This document shows positions 19,906-30,415 of a DNA stretch of 57,347 nucleotides, piece after piece. A program made the translations under genes and the position numbers. The notes below the pieces were generated by a model, which was given only the letters and a program-made list of their open reading frames with translations, had not been told where the DNA came from and did no database searches. Source of the stretch: a bacterium (GTDB lineage Bacteria; Zhuqueibacterota; Zhuqueibacteria; Oceanimicrobiales; Oceanimicrobiaceae). Every line of letters begins with the position of its first letter. Within the stretch, counting starts at the first letter, position 1. The stretch lies in contig JBBIIG010000008.1 in assembly GCA_037446635.1 (NCBI GenBank), forward strand, positions 53,184-110,530. Direction: 5' to 3'.

Positions 19906-21192
19906 GTGACAAAGAAATTTTTCGTTTACGCGCTTGCTGGGCTGCTGAGCGGGACGGCGGCGGCGCAAGAGGTTTTGGATAAAATCATCGCCATCGTCGG
20001 CGATAATATCATCCTGCAATCGGAGTTGTATCAATACGCCTACAGCGTCGCCATTCAATTGGGAATCGATCCACAAAAAGAGCAGGAGAAAATGGAACGG
20101 CTTCAGGACGAAACGCTGGAGAATCTCATCGTCCAAAAAGTTTTATTGGAAAAAGCGAAACAGGACAGCATCGTCGTCAGCGATCGACAGGTGGACGCCA
20201 CGTTGGAAGAGCAGATTAATCAGATGGTGCAGCAGCTCGGCTCTGAAGAAAAAGTGGAGAAATATTTTGGAATGACGTTGCGGCAAATCCGGCGTGAGTT
20301 TCGCAACGACGTTCAGGAGCGCCTGCTGGTGGAAACCTACCAAAACAAAAAATTTCAGGAGGTGCAAATTTCTCGCCGCGAGGTGGAGGAGTTTTATCAC
20401 ACCCATCGCGACAGCCTCCCCGAAATGAAAGAGTCGCTCAAGCTCAGCCACATTCTGGTGAACGTGGAGCCCAGCGCTGACGCGGTGGAAACGGCGCGCA
20501 AAAAAATTGCGGAAATCAAAGCCCGGCTTGAGAAAGGTGAAGATTTTGAAGAATTGGCGCGCCAATTTTCCGAGGATCCCGGCTCGGCCAGCAAAGGCGG
20601 CGATTTAGGGCTGATGGAGCGCGGCGATTTGGTGAAAGAATTTGAAGAGGTGGCTTATGCCCTCAACCCCGGCGAAATTTCGGATATCGTCCGCACCCGC
20701 TTTGGTTTTCACATCATTCAGCTCAAACGCAAAGTTGGCGACAAAATCAACCCGCGCCACATTTTGGTTCGGCTGGACACCTCGCCGGAAGACGCCAAAG
20801 CCACCGTCGCGCGTTTGCAGGAGTTGCGCAGCGAGATTTTGGCGGGAATAATAACCTTCGAGGAAGCCGCACAGAAATATTCCAAGGATGAAGTCACAAC
20901 CTCCAAAGGCGGCGACCTCGGCTGGTTTCAATTGGATCAATTTCAGATCCCTTCATTTAAAGAGGCCGTGGTCAAGCTGAACCCCGGTGAAATTTCGGAG
21001 CCGGTGAACACCCGGTTCGGCTATCACCTGATCCGGCTGGATGAGCGGCGCAAAGCCCGCAAGCTCGATCTCAAAACCGATTGGCAGCAAATTGAGCAAT
21101 GGGCGCTAAATTTAAAACGGCAAGAAGAGTTTCAAAAATGGGTGGCCGTGGCGAAAAAGGATGTTTATATCGAAATTAAGGAACGCGGATGA
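19906..21192 (+). CDS. surA: SurA-type chaperone with two parvulin domains
   Basis: Signal peptide, LDKIIAIVG N-domain, and two GGDLG...TRFG(F/Y)H rotamase domains. Confidence 0.88.
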   Translation: MTKKFFVYALAGLLSGTAAAQEVLDKIIAIVGDNIILQSELYQYAYSVAIQLGIDPQKEQEKMERLQDETLENLIVQKVLLEKAKQDSIVVSDRQVDATLEEQINQMVQQLGSEEKVEKYFGMTLRQIRREFRNDVQERLLVETYQNKKFQEVQISRREVEEFYHTHRDSLPEMKESLKLSHILVNVEPSADAVETARKKIAEIKARLEKGEDFEELARQFSEDPGSASKGGDLGLMERGDLVKEFEEVAYALNPGEISDIVRTRFGFHIIQLKRKVGDKINPRHILVRLDTSPEDAKATVARLQELRSEILAGIITFEEAAQKYSKDEVTTSKGGDLGWFQLDQFQIPSFKEAVVKLNPGEISEPVNTRFGYHLIRLDERRKARKLDLKTDWQQIEQWALNLKRQEEFQKWVAVAKKDVYIEIKERG

Positions 21193-21689
21193 GTTTTTTG
21201 GGAGAAATCCTGTTTTGGCTGGTGATGATTGCAGGTATAATATCGATACCGTTTAATATCCCGGGGAATTTCATCATCGCCGCCAATGCGTTGATTTATG
21301 CCTGGGCCACGGACTTTGTGGTGATGAGCTGGGGTTTCATCGGGGTCTTACTTTTGATTGCTGTGGTGGTAGAGGTCGTGGAATTTTTTCTCGGCGCGCT
21401 CACTGCCGGAAAATACGGTTCGTCTAAAATGGGAATGGTCGGCAGCATTGTCGGCGGATTTTTGGGCGCCGTCTGGGGCACACCGATTTTACCGCCGGTT
21501 GGAATTCTCCTCGGCGCGTTCGTGGGCGCGTTTATCGGAGCCGCGGTGTTCGAGTTTTTTCGTTCGCAAAATCTCAAGCATTCGTTGCGAGTCGGGCTGG
21601 GCGCTTTTTACGGCTCAGTCGCCGGCAAATTAATCAAGATCGTCGCGGCGATCGCGATGGTCGTCATGGTTGGGGTTAAAATTTTTTAA
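21189..21689 (+). CDS. DUF456 family membrane protein
   Basis: Gly-rich transmembrane helices and a KYGSSKMGMVGSIVG pattern. Confidence 0.75.
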   Translation: MSFLGEILFWLVMIAGIISIPFNIPGNFIIAANALIYAWATDFVVMSWGFIGVLLLIAVVVEVVEFFLGALTAGKYGSSKMGMVGSIVGGFLGAVWGTPILPPVGILLGAFVGAFIGAAVFEFFRSQNLKHSLRVGLGAFYGSVAGKLIKIVAAIAMVVMVGVKIF

Positions 21690-21695
21690 GACGCG

Positions 21696-22364
21696 ATGAA
21701 AGCCCGGGTTGCATTTTTTTTACTGGCTATGTTTTGGGTGCAAGCCTCCGCCCAACAAAAAACTCCTGCCAGCGAATTTGTGCTGGCGCGATTGAAGTAT
21801 CACGGCGGCGGCGACTGGTACAACGATCCCTCCATCATCCCGAATCTGCTCGACTTCATGGCCGACAACACCACCATCGATGTTGGCAAGTCCGAAGCGG
21901 TGGTGGAAATCATGGATCAAGATTTGTTCGCCTACCCGGTGATTTTTATGACCGGCCACGGCCGCATTTCTTTTTCAAAAGAGGAGGCCGCTCGCCTGCG
22001 TTTGTATTTAACCTCCGGCGGATTTTTGTACGCGGACGACGATTACGGCATGGACAAATCTTTTCGTCAGGAGATGAAAAAAGTGTTCCCGGAATTGGAC
22101 CTGATCGAAATTCCATTTTCGCATCCCATCTATCACAGCCATTTTGATTTTCCCAACGGCCTGCCTAAAATTCACGAGCACGACGGCGGCGCCCCCAAAG
22201 GATACGGTTTATTCTACGAAGGCCGGATGGTGGTTTTTTATTCTTTCAACACGAATATTTCCGATGGCTGGGCCGACCCCAATGTCCACGGCGACCCGCC
22301 CGAGGTTCGCCAAAAGGCGTTCGAGATGGGTACGAATATCATGGTGTTTGCGCTAACCAACTGA
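21696..22364 (+). CDS. DUF4159 domain protein
   Basis: ARLKYHGGGDWY, MTGHG, GGFLYADD and PKIHEHD motifs. Confidence 0.85.
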   Translation: MKARVAFFLLAMFWVQASAQQKTPASEFVLARLKYHGGGDWYNDPSIIPNLLDFMADNTTIDVGKSEAVVEIMDQDLFAYPVIFMTGHGRISFSKEEAARLRLYLTSGGFLYADDDYGMDKSFRQEMKKVFPELDLIEIPFSHPIYHSHFDFPNGLPKIHEHDGGAPKGYGLFYEGRMVVFYSFNTNISDGWADPNVHGDPPEVRQKAFEMGTNIMVFALTN

Positions 22365-22371
22365 GGTCGTC

Positions 22372-25300
22372 ATGGGTGTTTACGAAGACGTTTATCAAAG
22401 TCTGCTGCATCGTCTCGATGGGCTGCGCCGGCGAATCAAAAAACTGCGCTTGTTAGAAGGTGCGCTGCTTTTTCTCGGCCTGCTCTCCGTGCTCAGTTTA
22501 GTGATGCTCGCCGCGGAGGCGATTTTTTATTTAGGAACGCCGGCGCGCGCCATTCTCCTGACGTTGGGACTTCTGCTTGCAACTGCCGCGTTTGTCTGGT
22601 TGGTGGCGCGGCCGCTGCTGGCCCGGTTCAAACCCAACTCGCCCGATAACGTGCGGCTGGCGCTGGCGGTTGGCAACCATTTCGGCCACATCAAAGATCG
22701 ACTCGCCGATGCCATCCAGGTTTTTCAAAAACATCAGGCCAACCCGGAAGGCTACTCGCTGGAATTGGCGGACGCCGCGTTAACCGAAATCGCCGACGAG
22801 TTGAAGGATGTTGACTTTCGTGCCGTGGAAAGCACGGAGACCGTCAAAAAATTCTCCAAATATTTTTTGGCCGGCGCGGCCGCGCTCACGCTGACGGCGG
22901 CGATATTTCATTCCAATTTTTCCAGCGCCGCGTTTCGGCTGCTGCATCCGCTGACGGATTTTCCCCGCGACGCTGGTTTGACGCTGAGCGTCGCGCCCGG
23001 CGATCTGGAAGTCATCAAAGGCGAGACGGTGGTCATTACGGCGCAGGTTTCCGGCGGAGACGGTTCCGGCGCGACGTTGGTGATGAAAGTGGAAGGGGCG
23101 AAAGAGGCTCAGCGTTACCAATTACGATCGACTGCGGACAGCGTGTTTGCCTACGAAATCGAAAACATCAAAGAAGATGTAAAATATTTTGTGGAGGCGG
23201 GATCGCAGCGCAGCCGCGAATATCTCATTTCTGTGGTGGAACTGCCATTCGTACGCAACCTGCAAATCAGATTAATTTATCCGAAATATTCGAAATTGGG
23301 CAGCCTGTTTCTCGATGAAAACGTCGGCGACGTTTCCGCCCTGAAAGGCACCGAGGTGGAATTGAGCGCCAAAACCAATAAAACCGTAAAAGAAGCCAGA
23401 CTCGTTTTTAAAGATGGCAGCGAAAAACCACTGCGCATCAGCGGACAGGACGTCAGCGGCAAATTCACTTTGCTGCAGCCAGGCAGCTATCACATTCATC
23501 TAATTGATAAAGAGAACCGCGCCAGCGCCGATCCCATCGAATACCGGCTGACAGTAGTGGAGGATCAATTTCCATTTGTGCAAATAACCTTTCCGGCGCA
23601 GGACGTGGATTTGGGCGAAGACATGCTGCTGCCCCTCACCATCGAGGCCGAGGATGATTTCGGGTTCACCCAAGCGCGAATCGGCTATCAGATTATTCAG
23701 GGCGGATTCAACGAGGGCGACCTGCAATTTCAGGAGCTACCGCTGCCGGAGTCATATTCGGACAAATTACTCCTGAATTACACCTGGGAGCTGGCCAACT
23801 TGAACATTTTTCCGGAAGACGTGGTGAGCTACTTTGCCGAGGTGTTCGACAACGACGCCGTCTCCGGACCGAAGAGCGCACGCAGCCTGACCTATCGCGC
23901 GCGCTTCCCATCGCTGCACGAGATTTATCAGGAAATCGCCCGCGGCCAGGATGAATCGGTTGAGTCTTTGGAAGAAATGTATGAACAGAGCCAGGCGCTG
24001 CGCGATGCCCTCAGCCAAATCTCTCAGGAAATGAAGCGCGATCCGGAATTGAATTGGGAGGAAAAGCAAAAAGTCCAGGAGTCGGCGCAGGCCCAGGAAC
24101 AGATGCAGAAACAATTGGAGGCGGTGCAGGAAAAATTAGACGAGATCATCCAGCGCATGGAACAAAACGAATTGGCCTCCTTTGAGACCCTGGAAAAATA
24201 CCGCGAGCTGCAAAAACTTATGGAAGAAATTCTCACTCCGGAATTAAAGGAGGCGCTGCGGGAACTGCAGAAATCCATGGAGAATTTCGATCCCCAGCAA
24301 ATGAAAGAGGCGATGGAAAAGTTCGCGGCTTCTCAGGAAGAATTTTTGAAGAGCATCGAACGCACCATGAACCTCTTGAAGAAATTGCAAATCGAGCAGA
24401 AGTTGGACGAAGCGGTGCGGCGCGCGCAGGATTTGCTCCGCCGGCAGGAGGAGCTCAACAAGCAGGCGGCCGAGTCGCCGAATAAACAGAACGCCAGCAA
24501 GTACGCCCAGGAGCAGCAGGGCATCCGCAAAGATTCCGGCGATTTGTCCCAGCAATTAGATGACCTCAAAAACCGCATGAATGAGTTCCCGCAAATGCCG
24601 GGTGAAAAAATCGAGTCGGCGCAAAATCAGCTCGGCGGCGAGCTGCAGCCGCAGATGCAAAACGCGGTGCGGCAATTTCAAAGCGGGGACATGCAAGGGG
24701 GCCAGCAATCCGGGCAGCAAATCTCGCAGGGATTGCAGGAGTTATTTGAAACTCTGCAAACCGCCCAAAGCCAGCTTTCCGATGAACAGAAAAAGCAAAT
24801 TCAGCAGGCGCTCAATCGTTCCTCGCATGAGCTGTTGAATCTTTCCAAGCAGCAGGAAAGTTTGATGCAATCCACCCAGACTATGGATCGCAACTCGCCC
24901 GGCATGACCGACGCCGCCAACAAACAGCAGGATTTGCTGTCGGGATTGTCGCGGGTCACCAATCAACTTTATGAGCTTTCACAAAATACCTTTTTTGTGA
25001 CGCCGGAAATCGGCAAAGCCCTCGGCAAATCTTTAAGCGGCATGCAGGACGCCCTGGGCGCGTATGAAGAACGCAACAGCGGCTTAACGGTGCGCAATCA
25101 GGGGCAGGCGCTTTCGGGCCTCAACGAAGCGATCGTCCAGATTCGTAATTCGCTGCAAAGCATGAGCGGCGCCGCCTCAGGCATTGGCTTTCAGGAGATG
25201 ATGCAGCGGCTGACTGGCCTCTCAACTCAACAGCAGGGCATCAACCAGCAGACGTCCGAGTTGGGAGAAGGCCAGGGCATGACCATGGAGCAGCAGGCTG

Positions 25301-25746
25301 CCATGTCGCGATTGGCCGCCGAGCAGGCCGCGGTGCGTAAATCGCTGGAGCAGTTGCTCAAAGAAGCCGGCAACCGTTCGGAGCTGTTGGGGGATTTGGC
25401 AAAAGTTGGCGAAGAAATGGAAGAGGTAGTGCAAGATCTCGTGAGCCGCAATGTGAGCCGCAATACCATCAACCAGCAAAAACGAATTCTTTCCCGTCTG
25501 CTGGATGCCCAGCGTTCCATGCACAATCGCGACTTCAGCAAAAAGCGCGAAGCCGAAACTGGCAAAGAGTATCAGGCACTGAGTCCGCAAACCCTGCCCA
25601 CCAATCTCCTTTCGCAAAAAGATGTGTTGAAAAATGAGTTGTTGAAGGCCATGAAAGAGGGCTACTCCAAAGACTTTCGCGAATTAATTCAGAAATATTT
25701 TGAAGCGCTGGCGCGGGAAAAACAAATCGAGGATTTGAATAACTGA
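22372..25746 (+). CDS. Large membrane-anchored coiled-coil protein (DUF4175-like)
   Basis: Three N-terminal transmembrane segments, beta-rich middle with AEDDFG, long Q/E-rich coiled coil, and C-terminal IQKYFEAL. Confidence 0.75.
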   Translation: MGVYEDVYQSLLHRLDGLRRRIKKLRLLEGALLFLGLLSVLSLVMLAAEAIFYLGTPARAILLTLGLLLATAAFVWLVARPLLARFKPNSPDNVRLALAVGNHFGHIKDRLADAIQVFQKHQANPEGYSLELADAALTEIADELKDVDFRAVESTETVKKFSKYFLAGAAALTLTAAIFHSNFSSAAFRLLHPLTDFPRDAGLTLSVAPGDLEVIKGETVVITAQVSGGDGSGATLVMKVEGAKEAQRYQLRSTADSVFAYEIENIKEDVKYFVEAGSQRSREYLISVVELPFVRNLQIRLIYPKYSKLGSLFLDENVGDVSALKGTEVELSAKTNKTVKEARLVFKDGSEKPLRISGQDVSGKFTLLQPGSYHIHLIDKENRASADPIEYRLTVVEDQFPFVQITFPAQDVDLGEDMLLPLTIEAEDDFGFTQARIGYQIIQGGFNEGDLQFQELPLPESYSDKLLLNYTWELANLNIFPEDVVSYFAEVFDNDAVSGPKSARSLTYRARFPSLHEIYQEIARGQDESVESLEEMYEQSQALRDALSQISQEMKRDPELNWEEKQKVQESAQAQEQMQKQLEAVQEKLDEIIQRMEQNELASFETLEKYRELQKLMEEILTPELKEALRELQKSMENFDPQQMKEAMEKFAASQEEFLKSIERTMNLLKKLQIEQKLDEAVRRAQDLLRRQEELNKQAAESPNKQNASKYAQEQQGIRKDSGDLSQQLDDLKNRMNEFPQMPGEKIESAQNQLGGELQPQMQNAVRQFQSGDMQGGQQSGQQISQGLQELFETLQTAQSQLSDEQKKQIQQALNRSSHELLNLSKQQESLMQSTQTMDRNSPGMTDAANKQQDLLSGLSRVTNQLYELSQNTFFVTPEIGKALGKSLSGMQDALGAYEERNSGLTVRNQGQALSGLNEAIVQIRNSLQSMSGAASGIGFQEMMQRLTGLSTQQQGINQQTSELGEGQGMTMEQQAAMSRLAAEQAAVRKSLEQLLKEAGNRSELLGDLAKVGEEMEEVVQDLVSRNVSRNTINQQKRILSRLLDAQRSMHNRDFSKKREAETGKEYQALSPQTLPTNLLSQKDVLKNELLKAMKEGYSKDFRELIQKYFEALAREKQIEDLNN

Positions 25747-27635
25747 TGATCAAAGCCAAAAACGGAGTGCAATGCTTTAGCATTGCCAGTGCAGCGCTGA
25801 AGCGCTACACTCCTCTTATCTTAATCGCTGCCCTTTGCCTTTTTTCGGTTGGCGCCCTCTTCGCGCAAACCGATCCCCAGCAAACCAGCCGGCTGCGTCT
25901 GGCGCAGGATTTCGAGCGCAGCGGAAATTACGATGCGGCGCTGCGGGTTTATCAGAACCTCTTTGAACAGGTTCCCAACAACCAGCTTTACTACGAAGGG
26001 GTGAAGCGAAATCTTATTCGCCTGAAAAGATATCCTGAGCTCATCGCGATCATCACGGCGCAAGCTCGCGCCACCAACGATCCCAAATATGTTGCCGATC
26101 TCGGCAACGTCTATTTCAAAAACGGCGACCCGTTTCGCGCCGCCGAAATCTGGAACACCCTCCTCGAAAAACATGCGCTCAATCCGGCGGTCTATCCCCA
26201 CGTCGCCAGCGCCATGATCGACAACCAGCTTTACGACGAAGCCATCGACGTTTATAAATTGGCGCGCAAAAATTTAGGCCGCGACGATCTCTACGTTTTC
26301 GAACTCGCCAACATTTACATCATTCGGCTAAATTATAAGGAAGCCACTCAGGAATATTTGAAATACCTGGCGACCAATCCCGTGCAATTCAATTACGTCG
26401 AAGGGCGCATCGCCAGTTACACCACCGACCCCGACAACGCGCGCGCGGTTGCGGAAATTCTCAAGGCCGAGCTGGCCAGCACCCGCCAGCCGTATCTCGT
26501 TCGCAAACTGCTGGCCGACCTCTATTTGCGAATTGAAGATTACGCCAGCTCGCTGCTCGAATTTAAAATTCTTGAAACCATGCCGCCGCCGCTGCCGGAA
26601 GTGAAAAAGGAGTACGGCGAAGAGCTGTACTTTTTTGCGGAGAAGGCGCTGCAGGCCAACCAGTATCCATACGCGAAGGAAGCGTTTGATTTGATTTTGG
26701 CCAAATACAAAAATTCGCCCTACAAAATCCGCGCGTTGTACGGATTGGCCATGGCGAAGCAAAAGCAAAAGCTTTCGCAGGAGGCGATTCAGAGTTACTT
26801 CGATTTGGCTTCGTTGGCGCCGCAGAGTCCGTGGGCGCAGGAGGCGCTGTTTCAAATCGGCGAAATCTATTTTGAAGATTTTTTTGAAGTGGATAAAGCC
26901 CTCGAGGCTTACAAATCGCTGCTGCAAAAATATCCGCAGGGCAGCAAAACCATGGACGCCTACCTGCGCATCGGCGATTGTTTTACCGCCAAAGGGAATT
27001 TGCGGGAGGCGCAGGCCTGGTACGAAAAGCCGTTGAGTTTGGCCGGCGGCAGTTGGTACCTCCGCGATCAGGCGTTATACAAAAGCGCCTTTGTCGATTT
27101 TTTGAATAGTGATTTTGACAAGGCCAACGAGAAGCTCAACCAGATCGTCGCCAATTTGAACGAGAAGCAGATTTCGGATCAAAGTTTTGTGAACGACGCC
27201 CTCGAGTTGACGATGTTAATCGAAGAGAGCCAGAAGGACGCGCCGGCCTTGAAAAACTTCGCCGAAGCGCAGAAGCTGAAATTGCAGCGCAAGACCGCGG
27301 ACGCCATTCAGAAGCTGCAGGAGATTTTGTCGAATTACCCCACCGCCGGCGTCGTTGACGAAACGTTGATCGAGTTGGGGGACCTCGAAGACGGGCGCGG
27401 CAATCACGAGCGGGCGCTCGCTTATTTTGAGGATTTGCTGAAGCACAATCCGCAGAGCGTGCACAACGCCCGCGCGCAAAAACGCATTGCAGAAATTTAT
27501 GAACACGGCATGGGCGATTTGCAAAAAGCTTCCGCCGCGTACGAGCGCATTTTGATCGCGTATCCGAACAGTTTTTACGTGGAAGAAGTGCGGCAGAAAC
27601 TGCGGGCGCTGCAAGGCCGGCAGTTGAATAATTGA
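25746..27635 (+). CDS. Exported tetratricopeptide repeat protein
   Basis: Signal peptide and many TPR-like repeats ending in YPxS. Start overlaps the upstream stop (TGATG). Confidence 0.85.
   Translation: MIKAKNGVQCFSIASAALKRYTPLILIAALCLFSVGALFAQTDPQQTSRLRLAQDFERSGNYDAALRVYQNLFEQVPNNQLYYEGVKRNLIRLKRYPELIAIITAQARATNDPKYVADLGNVYFKNGDPFRAAEIWNTLLEKHALNPAVYPHVASAMIDNQLYDEAIDVYKLARKNLGRDDLYVFELANIYIIRLNYKEATQEYLKYLATNPVQFNYVEGRIASYTTDPDNARAVAEILKAELASTRQPYLVRKLLADLYLRIEDYASSLLEFKILETMPPPLPEVKKEYGEELYFFAEKALQANQYPYAKEAFDLILAKYKNSPYKIRALYGLAMAKQKQKLSQEAIQSYFDLASLAPQSPWAQEALFQIGEIYFEDFFEVDKALEAYKSLLQKYPQGSKTMDAYLRIGDCFTAKGNLREAQAWYEKPLSLAGGSWYLRDQALYKSAFVDFLNSDFDKANEKLNQIVANLNEKQISDQSFVNDALELTMLIEESQKDAPALKNFAEAQKLKLQRKTADAIQKLQEILSNYPTAGVVDETLIELGDLEDGRGNHERALAYFEDLLKHNPQSVHNARAQKRIAEIYEHGMGDLQKASAAYERILIAYPNSFYVEEVRQKLRALQGRQLNN
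25764..25813. repeat. Double-hairpin REP-like element inside the start of the TPR gene
   Basis: Outer stem GGAGTG...CACTCC enclosing GCAATGCT-TT-AGCATTGC and GCAGCGCT-GA-AGCGCTAC. Confidence 0.75.
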
Positions 27636-27711
27636 ATTAATTCATTTTTATGATGAGAGAGCAAATCGCTCCGTTTCCAAATTCCCAGACGAAAGAATTG
27701 GAAATTGAAAT

Positions 27712-27891
27712 TTGAAACGCAAACAATTCAATTCGTGAGTTGGTTCGCGCTGGCTGTTATCTCAAACGACACGGTGGCAATCTTGACGTTTATGAAAATC
27801 CGAAAAATAGAAGCAGCCGCCCATTCCACGCCATTCAGAGATCAAAGAAAGCTTGTGTGAATTGATTCGTAAGCAACTTGGAATTGACTAA
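27712..27891 (+). pseudogene. hicA: HicA-family toxin relic (not in the ORF track)
   Basis: After correcting a +1 (~27730) and a -1 (~27818) frameshift it reads MKRKQFIRELVRAGCYLKRHGGNLDVYENPKN...PIPRHSEIKESLCELIRKQLGID*. Confidence 0.8.
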
Positions 27892-27903
27892 CCCTCTTTG
27901 CAC

Positions 27904-29178
27904 ATGAAAAAACCTTTTTTAATTTTGCTCTTCGCAATTTCCACGTTGCCTTTCTTTTTGCGCGATACTCTCGCCCAAAAGCTTCTCATCCCCATGGACC
28001 TTAAGCAAACCGATCATCTCAAAGCTTACGGCGTGGCCTACTGGTCACTGGAACGCGCCATCAACGTGGAGTGGCTGCTCAACTACCGCGGCGGGTCGTT
28101 TATGTTGGACTACTATCCCGCCGTGGAGCGCGAGCTGCGGTTACGCGGCGTGGCGTTTCTCAACTTAAGCGGCGGCGACGCCGCGCAAATTTACGGCGAA
28201 ATTGAAGCCGGCAACATGGATGTTATTCTTTTGGAGAAGGCGCCGAAGATTGCCGTTTACACTCCGCCCAACAAACAGGTGTGGGACGACGCCGTGACCC
28301 TCGCGCTCACTTACGCCGAGATCCCCTACGAAACCCTTTGGGATGAAGAAGTGCTGCGCGGCGATCTCGAAAAATACGATTGGCTTCACCTCCACCACGA
28401 AGACTTCACCGGGCAGTACGGCAAGTTCTACGCGAATTTCCGCAACGCGCCGTGGTACATCGAGGAGGTGTTGAAGAACGAGACCCTGGCGAAGTCGCTT
28501 GGCTACAACAAAGTATCGGAAGAGAAGAAGGCGGTGGCGCGGATGATTAAAGAATACGTGCTCAAAGGCGGTTTTCTGTTTGCCATGTGTTCCGCCACCG
28601 ACACCATCGATATCGCGCTGGCCGCCGAGGCCGCGGACATCGTGGCCGCGGTGTTCGACGGCGACCCGCCGGATCCAGACGCCCAGGCGCGCTTGGATTT
28701 TTCCAAAACCATGGCCTTTGAGAATTTCACCCTGGAGATGAACCCGCTGGTGTACGAACATTCGGATATCGATTCTCCCCCCAGCCACATGCCGCGGGTG
28801 CGCAGCGCCGACGTGGATTACTTTACCCTGTTTGAATTTTCCGCGAAGTACGATCCCGTTCCCACGATGCTCACCCAAAACCACGTTTCCGTGGTGAAGG
28901 GATTTATGGGACAGACCACCGGCTACAAAAAAGATCTCATCAAAAAATCGGTGACGATCTTGGCGGAAGTGGAAGGCGAAAATGAAGTGAAATATCTTCA
29001 CGGCAATTTAGGGCGCGGCACCTTCACCTTTTACGGCGGCCACGATCCCGAAGACTACCAGCATTTCGTTTATGACCCACCGACTCAGCTTTCTCTGCAC
29101 AAAAACTCGCCGGGCTACCGCCTCATCCTCAACAACATCTTATTTCCCGCGGCCAAAAAACAGAAGCGCAAAACCTGA
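27904..29178 (+). CDS. Conserved exported protein (family often mis-annotated 'asparagine synthetase B')
   Basis: Signal peptide and motifs HLKAYG, WLLNYRGGSF, WLHLHHEDFTGQYGKF and GGHDPEDY. Confidence 0.75.
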   Translation: MKKPFLILLFAISTLPFFLRDTLAQKLLIPMDLKQTDHLKAYGVAYWSLERAINVEWLLNYRGGSFMLDYYPAVERELRLRGVAFLNLSGGDAAQIYGEIEAGNMDVILLEKAPKIAVYTPPNKQVWDDAVTLALTYAEIPYETLWDEEVLRGDLEKYDWLHLHHEDFTGQYGKFYANFRNAPWYIEEVLKNETLAKSLGYNKVSEEKKAVARMIKEYVLKGGFLFAMCSATDTIDIALAAEAADIVAAVFDGDPPDPDAQARLDFSKTMAFENFTLEMNPLVYEHSDIDSPPSHMPRVRSADVDYFTLFEFSAKYDPVPTMLTQNHVSVVKGFMGQTTGYKKDLIKKSVTILAEVEGENEVKYLHGNLGRGTFTFYGGHDPEDYQHFVYDPPTQLSLHKNSPGYRLILNNILFPAAKKQKRKT

Positions 29179-29211
29179 AATTCGCCGCTTCGCCGTGAGC
29201 TAGCTAAAAAT

Positions 29212-29271
29212 TTACCACGAAGCTCACGAAGCCAGGTTGATGTTTTTAAAACTTCTTGTACTTCGTGGTTA
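29212..29271. repeat. Nonamer-based inverted repeat (ACCACGAAG...CTTCGTGGT)
   Basis: Arms at 29214-29222 and 29261-29269, with inner degenerate copies. Confidence 0.65.
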
Positions 29272-29405
29272 AGAATTCAGCGCAGCCCGCTAAGCGAGAT
29301 TCGGCGCCTTTCAGTGTGCTTCGGGGTTTTGTTCGGGTTCAAAATAATGTGTTGACTTTCTACGTTTTTTTCATTAAATAAAGCTCGATTTTGAAGGCTG
29401 ATAAT

Positions 29406-29690
29406 ATGATCAAAACACGATCCTTCTGGAAATTTTTGTTGGCGCTCTTGATAATTGGCTATTTCATTTTCGGCGGCGAGCACAATGTTTATCAGTTGAT
29501 GAGTCTGAATTATCGAGCACGGAAACTCAGTGACGAAATTCGAAGACAGGAGGAAACCACCAATCGACTGCGTGCTGAAATTCGGCGGCTCAAGACCGAT
29601 CGCGGTTATCTGGAGAAAATCGCCCGCGAGCAATTCGGCATGATCAAAAGCGGCGAGAAGGTTTTTGTGGTCCGCCCTAAGGAGCGGTGA
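29406..29690 (+). CDS. ftsB: Septum formation initiator (FtsB/DivIC family)
   Basis: Single transmembrane helix, coiled coil and YLEKIAREQFGMIKSGE motif. Confidence 0.85.
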   Translation: MIKTRSFWKFLLALLIIGYFIFGGEHNVYQLMSLNYRARKLSDEIRRQEETTNRLRAEIRRLKTDRGYLEKIAREQFGMIKSGEKVFVVRPKER

Positions 29691-30391
29691 TCGAGTCAGC
29701 GGCTCCCCCGATGAAAGGCAGTCTCGCCAAAAATTTACGCGCTTATTTTTTCACCGGCCTTTTAGTTTTGGTGCCGCTGGGGCTGACTTATTCCATTATC
29801 AAGCTGTTATTTTTAGCGATTGATGACATTCTCAGCGACACGGTCTCGAAATTCATCCTTGAACAATTTGGCGTCGAGCTTGGCCAACGACAAATTCCCG
29901 GCATCGGGTTCGCAACGCTCCTGATTATCATTTTCGCAACCGGCGTGATCGCAAGGAATTATTTCGGCAAAAAGATTGTGGACTTTGGCGATCAAATTGT
30001 CCAAAGAATCCCTTTGATCAATCGCGTTTACAATGCCACCAAGCAAATTAGTCAGGCTTTCTTTTCACCAAAACGAGATGTCATCAAGCGCCCCGTTCTA
30101 TTCGAATATCCGAGAAAGGGCATGTACACCATCGGCTTTTATACCCAGGATGCGCGCGGCGTATTTTACAACGCGCTGAATCAGGAGCTCGCGACCATTT
30201 TTTTGCCCACCACCCCTAATCCCACTACCGGGTTTCTTTTGTTGGTTCCAAAAGCTGATCTCATAGAAATTAACTTAACCATCGAAGAGGCGCTTAAGCT
30301 GGTCATTTCTGGGGGAATTATTGTGCCTGCGGACTCAAATGAGCCGGTGGCCACCGATAAGATCAGCAATTCGCCGCCAGCCAATTTGTAA
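29687..30391 (+). CDS. DUF502 family membrane protein
   Basis: YFFTGLLVLVP, EYPRKG and FLPTTPNPTTGFL motifs. Confidence 0.88.
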   Translation: MIESAAPPMKGSLAKNLRAYFFTGLLVLVPLGLTYSIIKLLFLAIDDILSDTVSKFILEQFGVELGQRQIPGIGFATLLIIIFATGVIARNYFGKKIVDFGDQIVQRIPLINRVYNATKQISQAFFSPKRDVIKRPVLFEYPRKGMYTIGFYTQDARGVFYNALNQELATIFLPTTPNPTTGFLLLVPKADLIEINLTIEEALKLVISGGIIVPADSNEPVATDKISNSPPANL

Positions 30392-30415
30392 TTCTTCGCA
30401 ACGCGGTTAGACTTC

